DNA of 64,000 bases from an uncultured Actinobaculum sp. (lineage in GTDB: Bacteria; Actinomycetota; Actinomycetes; Actinomycetales; Actinomycetaceae): positions 15,138 through 79,137 of the forward strand of contig CALIHR010000026.1 of assembly GCA_938020505.1 (NCBI GenBank). The letters run 5' to 3'. The first letter of the stretch is position 1. Each line of letters starts with the position of its first letter. The notes below the pieces were generated by a model, which saw only the letters and a list, made by a program, of their open reading frames with translations, had not been told where the DNA came from and made no database searches. Shown here piece by piece: positions 43,223 through 52,244 of this stretch. Made by a program: the position numbers and the translations under genes.

Positions 43223-43289
43223 GCGGAGCCGTGGCAGGCAGGCCCGGCAAAAGCAAACAGACCGAGCACAACAAACAGAAAGGTTAGAC

Positions 43290-44498
43290 ATGGAAACGAC
43301 AAAGCCGTCGTTCGGCCCGCTGGACGACGTCAGAGTCCTCTATTCGGCCGTTGAGATCGCCGCCCCCACCGCGGCCGAGATCATGTCCGAGTGGGGCGCC
43401 GACGTCACGTGGATCGAGAACATGTGGACGGGCGACTCGATGCGGGACACCACGTGGACGAAGGAGATGGAGAGGCGCAACCAGCGCTCGATCTCCATGA
43501 ACCCCTTCACCGACGAAGGCAAGGAGATCCTTCGCCGTTTGGTCAAGGAGACGGACATCTTCATCGAAGCCTCCAAGGGCCCGACGTTCGCCCGCAAGGG
43601 GATCACCGACGAGATGCTGTGGGAGGCCAATCCCTCCCTCGTCATCGTCCACGTTTCGGGGTTCGGCCAGTGGGGCGATCCTGCCGTGGTCAACGCCGCC
43701 GCGTACGATCTCACGGTCGCCGCATACGCCGGAATCATCGCGCAAAACGGCACGCCCGAGCAGCCGACGAACATCGCCCCCTATTCGGGCGACTATTTCA
43801 ACTCGCTCATGATCGTCTCCTCGGCGCTGGCCGCCCTGCACAAGGCCAAGGCGACGGGCAAGGGGGAGAGCATCGATCTGGCGATGTACGAGACGCTCCT
43901 GCGCGTCGGCACGTACTACATGATGGACTACCTCAACGCCGGCATAACCTACCCCCGTCCGGGCGCACGCCACCAGAATCTGTGCGCGATCGGCGAATAC
44001 GCCTGCAAAGACGGGTACATCGGCCTATGCGTCTACGGCGTCCCCCAGAACAAGTACCTTTTGGAGACCATCGGCCTGGGCGATCTGTGGGGGACTCCCG
44101 AGTACCCGGAGGACACGTCCGCGCTGTGGCTGGACGGGCCCAAGGCGGACCTCATCCAGCGCAAGCTCGAAGAGTACCTTGCGGGCCAGCTCAAGGCCGA
44201 CGTCCAAAAGGACTTCGTGGAGCATCGGATCGCGGCCCAAGCGGTCAACGAGTTCGAGGACATCGTGGCCGAGGACCACGTGGCCCGGCGCGAGTGCTTT
44301 ATCGAGTGGGAGAACGCCGAGGGCGCGCCCGTCAAGGGGCTCAACACGTTCCCGAAGTTCGCAAACAACCCCGGGGGCTTCTGGCGTCCGATGCCGCCTC
44401 TCGGCTACGACACCCGCGACGTGCTGACCCGGGCGGGGTTCACGCCGGAGGATCTGGCGCGGTTCGAGGAATCGGGCGCCGTCAGGTTTGGAGACTGA
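43290..44498 (+). CDS. caiB: L-carnitine CoA-transferase CaiB (family III CoA transferase)
   Basis: Similarity to E. coli CaiB, recalled from memory: FGPL...VEIA.P...EWGA.V.WIEN, DIFIEASKGPTFARKGITDEMLWEANP, GESIDLAMYETLLRVGTYYMMDY and KFANNPGGFWR. Confidence 0.9.
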   Translation: METTKPSFGPLDDVRVLYSAVEIAAPTAAEIMSEWGADVTWIENMWTGDSMRDTTWTKEMERRNQRSISMNPFTDEGKEILRRLVKETDIFIEASKGPTFARKGITDEMLWEANPSLVIVHVSGFGQWGDPAVVNAAAYDLTVAAYAGIIAQNGTPEQPTNIAPYSGDYFNSLMIVSSALAALHKAKATGKGESIDLAMYETLLRVGTYYMMDYLNAGITYPRPGARHQNLCAIGEYACKDGYIGLCVYGVPQNKYLLETIGLGDLWGTPEYPEDTSALWLDGPKADLIQRKLEEYLAGQLKADVQKDFVEHRIAAQAVNEFEDIVAEDHVARRECFIEWENAEGAPVKGLNTFPKFANNPGGFWRPMPPLGYDTRDVLTRAGFTPEDLARFEESGAVRFGD

Positions 44499-44543
44499 GG
44501 CGAGGGCGGGCGCTTCGGCGCCCGCCAAGCCCGCTAGGGTGAG

Positions 44544-46070
44544 ATGAATACGCGAGAATACCCCAATGTGCGCGACCTCTGGGAGGAGAGGGCGGCGCTT
44601 TGGGCCGGCCGGGAGTTCCTCGTCCACGAGGACCCGGACACGGCCAAGGTGGAGCGATACACGTACGCTCGCATGGACCGTGAAATGAAGGCCGCGGCCT
44701 CAATGTTCGCCTCCCTCGGCGTCGAGGCGGGCGACCGGGTCGGCCTGCACATGTGCAACCGGCCCGAGTTCGTCGAGTGCTTCCTCGCGCTGGCCGCGAT
44801 CGGCGCCGTCGTCGTGCCGATCGGCCCCGCAAGCACGGCGGCCGAATGCGCCCGCGTCGTCGAGGAGTGCGACATCCGCGTGCTCGTCAGCGAGTTTCCG
44901 GAAGACGCCGGGCGCCTGGAGGGCGTCGCCGTCGTCTGCCTCGACGACGGCGACTACGAGGCCATGAAAGCCGATCGGGCGGGGACGCCCCCTCCGAGGC
45001 CAGCGGTCGGGCCGGGCGACCTGTTGGAGGTCATGTACACCTCGGGCACGACGTCGCGCCCCAAGGGGGTGATGTTCACGCATGCCAACGCCGTGTTCTC
45101 GGGGAAGTACGTCGCATGGGAGCTGGCGCTCAGCGAGGCCGACAGGTACCTGACGACGATGTCCGTCACGCACGTCAACCTCCAGCTCTCGGCCCTCATG
45201 CCCGCCGTTTACGCCGGGGCCGCCCTCGTTCTCGTGCGCCGATACTCGGCCAGCAGGATGTGGTCGCAGGTGCGCAGGCACAGGGCGACGGTGATCCAGG
45301 CGATGGCCATGATCGTCAAAACGCTCATGGCCCAGCCTGTCGCTTCGGGCGAACGCGACCACAGCGTGAGAGCCGTCCACTACTTCCTTCCCCTTCCCAA
45401 AGGGATCAAGGAGGCATTCGAGGAACGCTACGGGGTGCGGCTGCTCAACAACTACGGCTCCTCCGAGACCCTCGTCGGCGTCGTCACCGACCTTCCCGAC
45501 GGGCGGTCCAAGTGGCCGTCCGTCGGTTTGGCCGGTCCGGGCTACGACGTCAGGATCGCCGGGGAAAACGGCTTGGCGCTGCCGCCCGGCGAGCGCGGGG
45601 AGATACAGGTGCGCGGGCAGGCCGGCGTCTCCCTCATGGCCGGATACTGGCGGGACGAGGAATCCACACGGGCGGCATTCACGGCAGACGGCTGGCTCCG
45701 CACGGGAGACTGCGGGTACGCCGACGCCGAGGGTTGGCTCTACTTCGTCGACCGCATGGGCGACATCGTCAAGCGTGCGGGCGAGAACATTTCGGCCTGC
45801 GAGGTGGAGGTCGCCATTCTCGAGCATCCCGACGTCGCCGACGTCGCCGTGCTGGGCATCTCCGATTCCATCCGGGACGAGGCCGTCAAAGCAGTGGTCG
45901 TCCCCAAGCCGGGGCGCCGGCCCACCGCCGAGGACGTGCGGGACTTTCTCTCGCTGCGCCTCTCGTTCTTCAAAATCCCCTCCGTCATCGAATTCCGCGA
46001 CGCGCTGCCGCGCGGAGAGTACGGAAAAGTCCTGAAAAACCAGCTCAAAACACAGAAATCAACAACATAG
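44544..46070 (+). CDS. caiC: Crotonobetaine/carnitine-CoA ligase CaiC (ANL adenylating enzyme)
   Basis: AMP-binding motif YTSGTTSRPKGV. RYSASRMWSQV matches the E. coli CaiC KYSARAFWGQV, and GISDSIRDEAVKAVVV matches GIKDSIRDEAIKAFVV. Confidence 0.85.
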   Translation: MNTREYPNVRDLWEERAALWAGREFLVHEDPDTAKVERYTYARMDREMKAAASMFASLGVEAGDRVGLHMCNRPEFVECFLALAAIGAVVVPIGPASTAAECARVVEECDIRVLVSEFPEDAGRLEGVAVVCLDDGDYEAMKADRAGTPPPRPAVGPGDLLEVMYTSGTTSRPKGVMFTHANAVFSGKYVAWELALSEADRYLTTMSVTHVNLQLSALMPAVYAGAALVLVRRYSASRMWSQVRRHRATVIQAMAMIVKTLMAQPVASGERDHSVRAVHYFLPLPKGIKEAFEERYGVRLLNNYGSSETLVGVVTDLPDGRSKWPSVGLAGPGYDVRIAGENGLALPPGERGEIQVRGQAGVSLMAGYWRDEESTRAAFTADGWLRTGDCGYADAEGWLYFVDRMGDIVKRAGENISACEVEVAILEHPDVADVAVLGISDSIRDEAVKAVVVPKPGRRPTAEDVRDFLSLRLSFFKIPSVIEFRDALPRGEYGKVLKNQLKTQKSTT

Positions 46071-46082
46071 AAAGGCAATGCC

Positions 46083-46958
46083 ATGGCCATCAACACCGAC
46101 ATGGTCGGCCAGACCTTCGGCCCGTTCGTCCGCGACTACACCTTCCGCGACCTCGAGTTGTTCGCACTCGGCTGCGGCGCTGGAATCGACGGCAAGAACG
46201 GCCTGGAGTACCTCAACGAACACGACGAGCGCGATCCGAAGCTCAAGGTTCTTCCCATGTTCGGCGCGATGCTCATCGTCGATTCCGAGGTGACCCGGAC
46301 CATCGACTACGGATACAACTATGCGGGCTCTCTGCACTGGGGCTTCGACATACGCTTCCACCGGCCCATCGTGAAGATGGCCGACCGCCTGGAGACGAAG
46401 GTCAAGCTCGAAGGCCTCTACGACCGCGGCGAGGGCAGGGGGCTGCTCGCCCAGCACATCGGCGACACCTGCGATTCCGAGGGAAATCTGCTGTTCACCA
46501 ACGAATCTTGGGACTGCCTCATCTACGACGGCGGCTGGGGCGGCCCCAAACCGCCGAAGGACATCGTCGAAATGCCCGATCGGCCCGCCGACGTCGAGAC
46601 AACCGAGACGATCCCCGAGAATCAGGCGCTCATCTACCGCCTCTCCGGTGACTACCACCCCCAGCACATCGACTGGGAGTATGCCGCTGAAAACGGCGAG
46701 CCGCGCCCGATTCTCCACGCCATCAGCTACGCGGGGGTCGTCATGCGCCATGCCATCGACGCCTTCGTGCCAGGCGAACCCGAGCGCATCACGCGTTTCA
46801 AGACCCGCATCACCTCGCCGGTCCATCCAGGATCGACGCTTACGACGCGCTTGTGGAAGGTCGCCGACGGCGAACTCCGCTTCGCCCTCGTCGACGCCGA
46901 CGTCGATGAGACCGGCGCCAAGCCCCATCTGAACTGGGGAATCATCGAGTACAAGTAA
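46083..46958 (+). CDS. MaoC-like double hot-dog (R-specific) enoyl-CoA hydratase/dehydratase. It sits where the crotonase-fold CaiD lies in enterobacterial cai operons.
   Basis: Two hot-dog halves; the C-terminal half has the hydratase-2-type motif region (YRLSGDYHPQHIDWEYAAENG). Confidence 0.8.
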   Translation: MAINTDMVGQTFGPFVRDYTFRDLELFALGCGAGIDGKNGLEYLNEHDERDPKLKVLPMFGAMLIVDSEVTRTIDYGYNYAGSLHWGFDIRFHRPIVKMADRLETKVKLEGLYDRGEGRGLLAQHIGDTCDSEGNLLFTNESWDCLIYDGGWGGPKPPKDIVEMPDRPADVETTETIPENQALIYRLSGDYHPQHIDWEYAAENGEPRPILHAISYAGVVMRHAIDAFVPGEPERITRFKTRITSPVHPGSTLTTRLWKVADGELRFALVDADVDETGAKPHLNWGIIEYK

Positions 46959-47088
46959 AGCTCGGGCACAGGCGAGGCCGATAGGCTCGCGGGGCCGGTT
47001 CTCGCGAGCCTGTCGGCCGGCCCGCCGACAGCATGGCCTCAAAACGAGAGCACGGTCCAAGATCTAGAATCGAGAAAGGGAAGCGGCT

Positions 47089-47721
47089 GTGAGAATCGAT
47101 TCCGTCGTCGTCGGAAGCTATCGCGCCAACTGCTACGTTCTGCGCGAAGGGGCGTCGATGATCGTCGTCGACCCGGGAGACGAACCCGCCGAAGTGCTCG
47201 GCCTCATCGGCTCCGCAGGCGAGGCCGGCGCGGCGGACTACGTGCAGATCGTCGCCTCACACTGCCACTGCGACCACATCGGCGCGGTCAACGAGGTGGC
47301 CGAGGCTTGCGCCGCCTCCTTCGCCGTCGGGCGCGAGGACGGGCACGCCGTCGCCGACCCCCGTCTTTCCGGCTTCGACGAAGAGGGGCGCGACTATCGG
47401 GTCGAAAAAGTCGATCGGCTGCTGGACGACGGCGACGAGATCGCCCTCGGCCCCTACCGCTTCCGGGTCATATCGACGCCCGGCCACACTCCGGGGTCCG
47501 TCTGCCTCTACTGCGCCGAACTCAGTCTCATGTTCACCGGCGACACCCTCTTCGCCAACGGTGTCGGGCGCACGGACTTCATCCGCGGCGACGCCGAGGC
47601 GATGCGCCAAACCTGTTCCAAGCTCGGCGCGTATCCCGACTCGACGGTCCTTCTTCCCGGCCACGGCCCCTCCACGCGCCTGGGCGTCGAAAAGGCGCGC
47701 AACCCTCTGCTGCGCGCGTAA
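47089..47721 (+). CDS. MBL-fold metallo-hydrolase (glyoxalase-II-like), last gene of the cai-like operon
   Basis: HCHCDHIG metal-binding motif (HxHxDH), TPGHTPGS and a downstream His. Confidence 0.85.
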   Translation: MRIDSVVVGSYRANCYVLREGASMIVVDPGDEPAEVLGLIGSAGEAGAADYVQIVASHCHCDHIGAVNEVAEACAASFAVGREDGHAVADPRLSGFDEEGRDYRVEKVDRLLDDGDEIALGPYRFRVISTPGHTPGSVCLYCAELSLMFTGDTLFANGVGRTDFIRGDAEAMRQTCSKLGAYPDSTVLLPGHGPSTRLGVEKARNPLLRA

Positions 47722-47775
47722 ATCCGGCCGGGGCGCCTCTTCCCTCCAAGGGCAGAGCCTTTCAGCCTCCGCGCG

Positions 47776-48411
47776 TCAGGAGACCGAGCGCAGAGCCCGC
47801 AGGGGAGAGGCGCCGAGCTGGTCGTTGACTAGGTTTTCCACGTATTCGGGGATTTCGCCGAGGAAACATTCGATGTTCTCCGGCATGAGCGAGAAGGCGC
47901 GCATGAGCACCGAGCCTTCGATGGCGTCCAGAAGGCGTGTGACGGACGTCCCCTCCGGCAGGAGGCCGGCCGATTTGAACTCCCACAGGCGCGCTCGGAT
48001 CGCGGCGATCGGGTCTCGATACGTGTGGATGTAAGCGGCGCGGACCACGGGGTTGACTTCGCATGCCATCTCGACGAAAAGGCGCCTGACAGCCTGCGCA
48101 TGCTCGCCGAGGTACAGCCGCATCCTGTATTCGGCCTCGTTGGACAGCACCTCGTGCGCACTGTCGCCGACCGGCCCGGGCGCGGCCACGACGGTCCGGA
48201 AGGCGTCGATGAACAGTTCCTCGATACTGGCCCATCTCGTGTACATCGACGACTTGCCGACGCCGGCGGCCTTGGCCACCTTCGTCATGTTGAAACCGTG
48301 CCATCCTGCATCGCCATACAGATCCAGGGCGGCTTTGAGTATCTTGCCGTCGGCTTCGACGTTGCGAGGCCGCCCTACGGGGCCGCGCTGGACTGCATGA
48401 ATGTCGACCAC
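47776..48411 (-). CDS. TetR family transcriptional regulator, convergent with the cai operon and divergent from fixABCX
   Basis: GTG start with AAGGAGGAG ribosome-binding site. HTH GFNMTKVAKAAGVGKSSMYTRWAS. Confidence 0.8.
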   Translation of the reverse strand: MVDIHAVQRGPVGRPRNVEADGKILKAALDLYGDAGWHGFNMTKVAKAAGVGKSSMYTRWASIEELFIDAFRTVVAAPGPVGDSAHEVLSNEAEYRMRLYLGEHAQAVRRLFVEMACEVNPVVRAAYIHTYRDPIAAIRARLWEFKSAGLLPEGTSVTRLLDAIEGSVLMRAFSLMPENIECFLGEIPEYVENLVNDQLGASPLRALRSVS

Positions 48412-48624
48412 GAAATCTCCTCCTTGTCCGTTCTGGCTAAGGCCCACGGCTGCGTTGGCGAGGTCAATTATACGCAATGAACCTGGGAACTTGGAGAGAC
48501 GGCTCACAGGCATATGGGCGTGAGAGTCTTTGGTCCTTATTGCAGGAGAAGCAACAGGGTAACATTGACTTCAATCGAACAATCACTGTGTCCACAAAGG
48601 TGCGGAGATTGGGAAAGGCCTTTT

Positions 48625-48647
48625 TTCGGACGTAGAAAGTCCGAAAT
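48625..48647. promoter_or_regulatory. Inverted repeat TTTCGGAC-N7-GTCCGAAA in the TetR/fixA intergenic region. It is a candidate operator.
   Basis: Read directly from the sequence. Confidence 0.35.
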
Positions 48648-48714
48648 CGGCTTCCGGGGTTGCCCGCGAGGCGTCGCAACGCGCGATGTGGGAAACTGGT
48701 GGGGCCGAAGATAC

Positions 48715-48729
48715 GTTTCATCGAAACGC
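48715..48729. promoter_or_regulatory. Palindrome CGTTTC-ATC-GAAACG about 60 bp upstream of the fixA ATG. It is a candidate TetR operator.
   Basis: Read directly from the sequence. Confidence 0.4.
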
Positions 48730-48788
48730 AATCGCTTTCCACAGGGCAGTGGTGCAGCCAGGCCCTCAACAGACAGAGAGAGGCTTCA

Positions 48789-49541
48789 ATGACCGTAGTT
48801 GTCGCTTACAAGTACGCGGCCAATCCACAGGATGCGTCGGTCGGCGCCGACGGCGTCGTCGATTGGTCGCGGGCCAAGTCCGCCGTTTCCGAATACGATC
48901 CCGTGGCAATCCAGCTGGGCCGCAACCTCGCGGACGCCGAGGGCGTTGAGCTCGTCGGCGTCACCGTCGGCAAGAGCGACGTGGCCGGATCGATGGCCAA
49001 GAAGAACGCCATGTCGAAGGGATTCGACAGGGGAGTCGTCGTCGCCGACGACGCGACCGCAGGATGGAACGCCACGAAGACCGCTTCTGCGCTGGCGGAG
49101 CTCGTCAAATCCGTCGAAGGCGCGGACATTCTGCTCGCCGGCGATTCCTCGATCGACGAGGGCACGAAGATCGTGCCGGCACTCGTCGCCGGATTCCTCG
49201 GATGGCCGGCCTTCCAGGGCGTCTCAGCGGTCGTCAAGACCGCCGACGGGTATGAAATCACGCAGAACGTCCCCGGCGGGACCCGCACGATCGCCGTCTC
49301 AGGCCCCGTCGTCGTCTCCGCTTCCTCGGACGCCGTCGCCCCCAAGGTCCCCTCCATGAAGGACATCCTCGCCGCCGGCAAGAAGCCCGTGGAGAAGGCC
49401 GAGGTTCCTTCCGTCGACGTCGAAATCACCGTCGTCGGCCGCTCGAAGCCCGAGCGCAAGGCTCGCAAGAACAAGATTTTCGAGGGCGCGGACGCCCCCG
49501 CCCAGCTCGTTGCCGCCCTGCGTGCCGACGGCGTGCTCTGA
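48789..49541 (+). CDS. fixA: Electron transfer flavoprotein beta subunit FixA
   Basis: Typical ETF-beta N-terminus (VVAYKYAANPQD). GAGAGAGG ribosome-binding site. Confidence 0.9.
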   Translation: MTVVVAYKYAANPQDASVGADGVVDWSRAKSAVSEYDPVAIQLGRNLADAEGVELVGVTVGKSDVAGSMAKKNAMSKGFDRGVVVADDATAGWNATKTASALAELVKSVEGADILLAGDSSIDEGTKIVPALVAGFLGWPAFQGVSAVVKTADGYEITQNVPGGTRTIAVSGPVVVSASSDAVAPKVPSMKDILAAGKKPVEKAEVPSVDVEITVVGRSKPERKARKNKIFEGADAPAQLVAALRADGVL

Positions 49542-49564
49542 GAGTTGAAAGGACACAGACAACA

Positions 49565-50434
49565 ATGGCAAACACCTGGATCATCGCGGTTGACCCGCAG
49601 ATTGCCTCTCTCGTCGAGCAGGGGCGGGCGATCGGCGGCTCGGTCACGGCAGTGACCGTCGGCGGCACGCCCGTCGCGGGAGTCGACAAGGTCATCGACG
49701 TGGCGCTTCCCGAGGGCGTTCCCGCCGAGGCCGCTGCGCCCGCGGTCGCAGCGGCGGTCGCAGCCGAGGCCGGCGACGTCGTCCTCGCCGCCAACAAGCC
49801 CGCCGAGCGGGTTCTCGCCGGCGCCGTCGCGGCCAAACTGAACGCCGCGTTCCTCCCCGGCCTCAAGTCGGCCAAGGCCGGCGCGGCCGAGCTCTCGCGT
49901 TACGGCGGCCTTTCCTTTGAAAGCGTCACCTTTGACTCGCCCGTCGTCGCGGTTCTCGACGGCGGCGCGGAGGCCGAGGGCCAGCCTGTGCCCGCCGAGT
50001 CTGCCGAAGGCTCGGTCTACGAGGCCAAGGTCACCGGCCAGGACAAGACGGAGGTCGTTGCGGTCAACCTGGGGGCGGCCAAGCGCGTCGTCGCAGCGGG
50101 ACGCGGTTTCAAAGCGAAGGAAGACCTCAAACTGGCCGAGGAGCTCGCAGCCGCAATCGGCGCCGAGCTCGCGTGCTCGCGCCCCCTCGCCGAAGGCGCG
50201 GATTGGATGGCCGTCGACCGCTACATCGGCGTCTCCGGCCAGGCCGTCTCGCCCGAGCTCTACATCGCCGTCGGCATCTCCGGTCAGATTCAGCACACGG
50301 TCGGCATGAGCGATTCGAAGGTCGTCGTGGCAGTCAACAGCGATCCGAAGGCGCCGATGTTCGCGGGCGCGGATTACGGAATCGTCGGCGATCTTTACGA
50401 GGTTCTTCCGGCGCTGACGGAGGCTGCTAAGTAG
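49565..50434 (+). CDS. fixB: Electron transfer flavoprotein alpha subunit FixB (short form)
   Basis: The C-terminal FAD-binding region (YIAVGISGQIQHTVGMSDSKVVVAVNSDPKAPMFAGADYGIVGDLYEVLPAL) is the canonical ETF-alpha signature. Confidence 0.9.
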   Translation: MANTWIIAVDPQIASLVEQGRAIGGSVTAVTVGGTPVAGVDKVIDVALPEGVPAEAAAPAVAAAVAAEAGDVVLAANKPAERVLAGAVAAKLNAAFLPGLKSAKAGAAELSRYGGLSFESVTFDSPVVAVLDGGAEAEGQPVPAESAEGSVYEAKVTGQDKTEVVAVNLGAAKRVVAAGRGFKAKEDLKLAEELAAAIGAELACSRPLAEGADWMAVDRYIGVSGQAVSPELYIAVGISGQIQHTVGMSDSKVVVAVNSDPKAPMFAGADYGIVGDLYEVLPALTEAAK

Positions 50435-50439
50435 GAAAC

Positions 50440-51738
50440 ATGGCCGAAGAGAACTACGATTTCGACGTCATCGTCGTCGGCGGGGGAGTGGCGGGTTCAG
50501 TCTGCGCCTGCCTGCTGGCGAAGAAAGGGCGCGAAGTCCTCCTCGTCGAGAGGGGAATGGAGCCGGGGTCGAAGAACCTGTCGGGCGGCGTCTTCTACTG
50601 TCGCGTCATGCAGGAGGTGTTTCCGAACTTCATCGAGGAGGCGCCGATCGAACGGCGCATCACCCGCAACTGCTTGAGCTTCCTCAACCCGACGAACTTC
50701 GTGAACGTCGACTACTGGGACTCGCGGCTGGCCGAGCCGGTCAACGCGGTCACGGTTCTGCGGGCGAAGTTCGATCCGTGGCTCGCGGAGCAGGCGGAGG
50801 AAGCGGGCGTGACGGTCATGCCCGGCGTCAAGGTCGACGGGATCATCCGCGAGGGCGGACGGTTCGTCGGCATCCGCGCGGGCGAGGACGAGCTGAGGGC
50901 CCGCGTCGTCGTCGCGGCCGACGGCGTCAACTCCTTCATTTCCCAGGACGCGGGGATCCGCGGCAAGGAGCCGTTGGAGAACCTGGCGGTGGGTGTGAAG
51001 TCCGTGATTTGCCTCGGCGAGGAGGAGGTCAAGAAGCGCTTCAACCTCGTCGGCGACGAAGGAGCGGCCTACGCCGTCGTCGGAGACTGCACCGAGGGCG
51101 TGGCCGGCGGCGGGTTCATGTACACGAACAAGGAGTCCGTCTCCATCGGCATTGTCGCGCGGCTGGACGATCTGACGAAGAAAGGCAAGTCCTCTTCGGA
51201 TCTGCATGACCATTTCCTCTCGCACCCGGCGATCGCGCCGTTCCTGGAGGGCGGCGAACTTCTCGAGTACGGCTGCCACCTTGTGGCCGAGGGCGGAGAG
51301 AAGATGCAGCACGATCTGGTGCGCAACGGACTCGTCGTGATCGGCGACGCCGCCGGCTTCACCCTCAACACCGGCTTCACGGTTCGGGGGATGGACTTGG
51401 CGGCCGGTTCCGCCGTCGCCGCCGCCACGGCCGTCGATCACGCGCTGGAAACCGGGGACTGCAGCCGCGTGGGGTTGGAACGATACATCGCCGAGTATAA
51501 GAAGTCTTTCGTAGGCAAGGACATGGCGACGTACGCCAAGGCGCCCGACTTCCTCGAGAACGACGAAATGTACGGGGATCTCGGATTGATGCTGGCGGAC
51601 GTGCTGTACGGCGTGTACAACCTCGATCTGACGCCCCGCAAGCACATCCTTCCCACCGCGTTGTCCGCTTTCAAGGCATCCGGTTTGAAGATTCGACGGA
51701 TGGCCAAAATTGGCTTCCAGGCAGTGAGGTCTCTGTGA
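50440..51738 (+). CDS. fixC: FAD-dependent oxidoreductase FixC (ETF-quinone oxidoreductase-like)
   Basis: N-terminal GGGVAGSVCACLLA dinucleotide-binding motif and FixC-type length (432 aa). Confidence 0.9.
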   Translation: MAEENYDFDVIVVGGGVAGSVCACLLAKKGREVLLVERGMEPGSKNLSGGVFYCRVMQEVFPNFIEEAPIERRITRNCLSFLNPTNFVNVDYWDSRLAEPVNAVTVLRAKFDPWLAEQAEEAGVTVMPGVKVDGIIREGGRFVGIRAGEDELRARVVVAADGVNSFISQDAGIRGKEPLENLAVGVKSVICLGEEEVKKRFNLVGDEGAAYAVVGDCTEGVAGGGFMYTNKESVSIGIVARLDDLTKKGKSSSDLHDHFLSHPAIAPFLEGGELLEYGCHLVAEGGEKMQHDLVRNGLVVIGDAAGFTLNTGFTVRGMDLAAGSAVAAATAVDHALETGDCSRVGLERYIAEYKKSFVGKDMATYAKAPDFLENDEMYGDLGLMLADVLYGVYNLDLTPRKHILPTALSAFKASGLKIRRMAKIGFQAVRSL

Positions 51739-52034
51739 TGTCTGATTTTTTCGAAGGCAGCGTTCCTGCCCGCCTGGGCAAGAACGTCTATGAAGTCGAC
51801 GAAGGCAATTCGCATATCGAGGTCAACCAGGAGATAGCGAAGGCTACCGGGGCCGGCAAAGTGCTGGTCAAGGTGTGCCCGGCCCACGTCTACTCCGAGG
51901 AACCCGACGGCACGATCTCCGTAGAGTTCGCCGCATGCCTCGAATGCGGAACGTGCCGTGCCGTTGCGGCTCCGGGACTGCTCAAGTGGCACTATCCCGA
52001 GGGTTCGATGGGCATCATGTTCCGTGAGGGTTGA
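51735..52034 (+). CDS. fixX: Ferredoxin-like protein FixX
   Basis: 99 aa with Cys motif CPAHVYSE...CLECGTC. It overlaps the fixC stop by 4 nt. Confidence 0.85.
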   Translation: MMSDFFEGSVPARLGKNVYEVDEGNSHIEVNQEIAKATGAGKVLVKVCPAHVYSEEPDGTISVEFAACLECGTCRAVAAPGLLKWHYPEGSMGIMFREG

Positions 52035-52056
52035 CCAAAAGGGCGGGTGCTGACGC

Positions 52057-52091
52057 AAACGGGCGGGCGGAGCGATCCGCCCGCCCGTTTT
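52057..52091. terminator. Strong intrinsic terminator after fixX, also positioned to terminate the convergent RCC1 gene
   Basis: aaacgggcgggcgg-agcgatc-cgcccgcccgtttt. Confidence 0.7.
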
Positions 52092-52244
52092 AACCGTTGA
52101 AAAAGTGCGAATCGACGCTCTCGGGTGCGGGATCGGCTGGGGATGCGAGTCCTCGTTGCGGGGAGGCTGTCGGCGTTCCCGCGTGTCGGGGATCGTTTTG
52201 TCCTCCGGTTTTGCCGCCTTTCAGCTTTTAGGCCTTGCTGCCCC

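Noticed and set aside
44753-46651. 632-aa plus-strand ORF
   Set aside because: It is an off-frame read-through across caiC and the MaoC gene, with Arg-rich junk translation.
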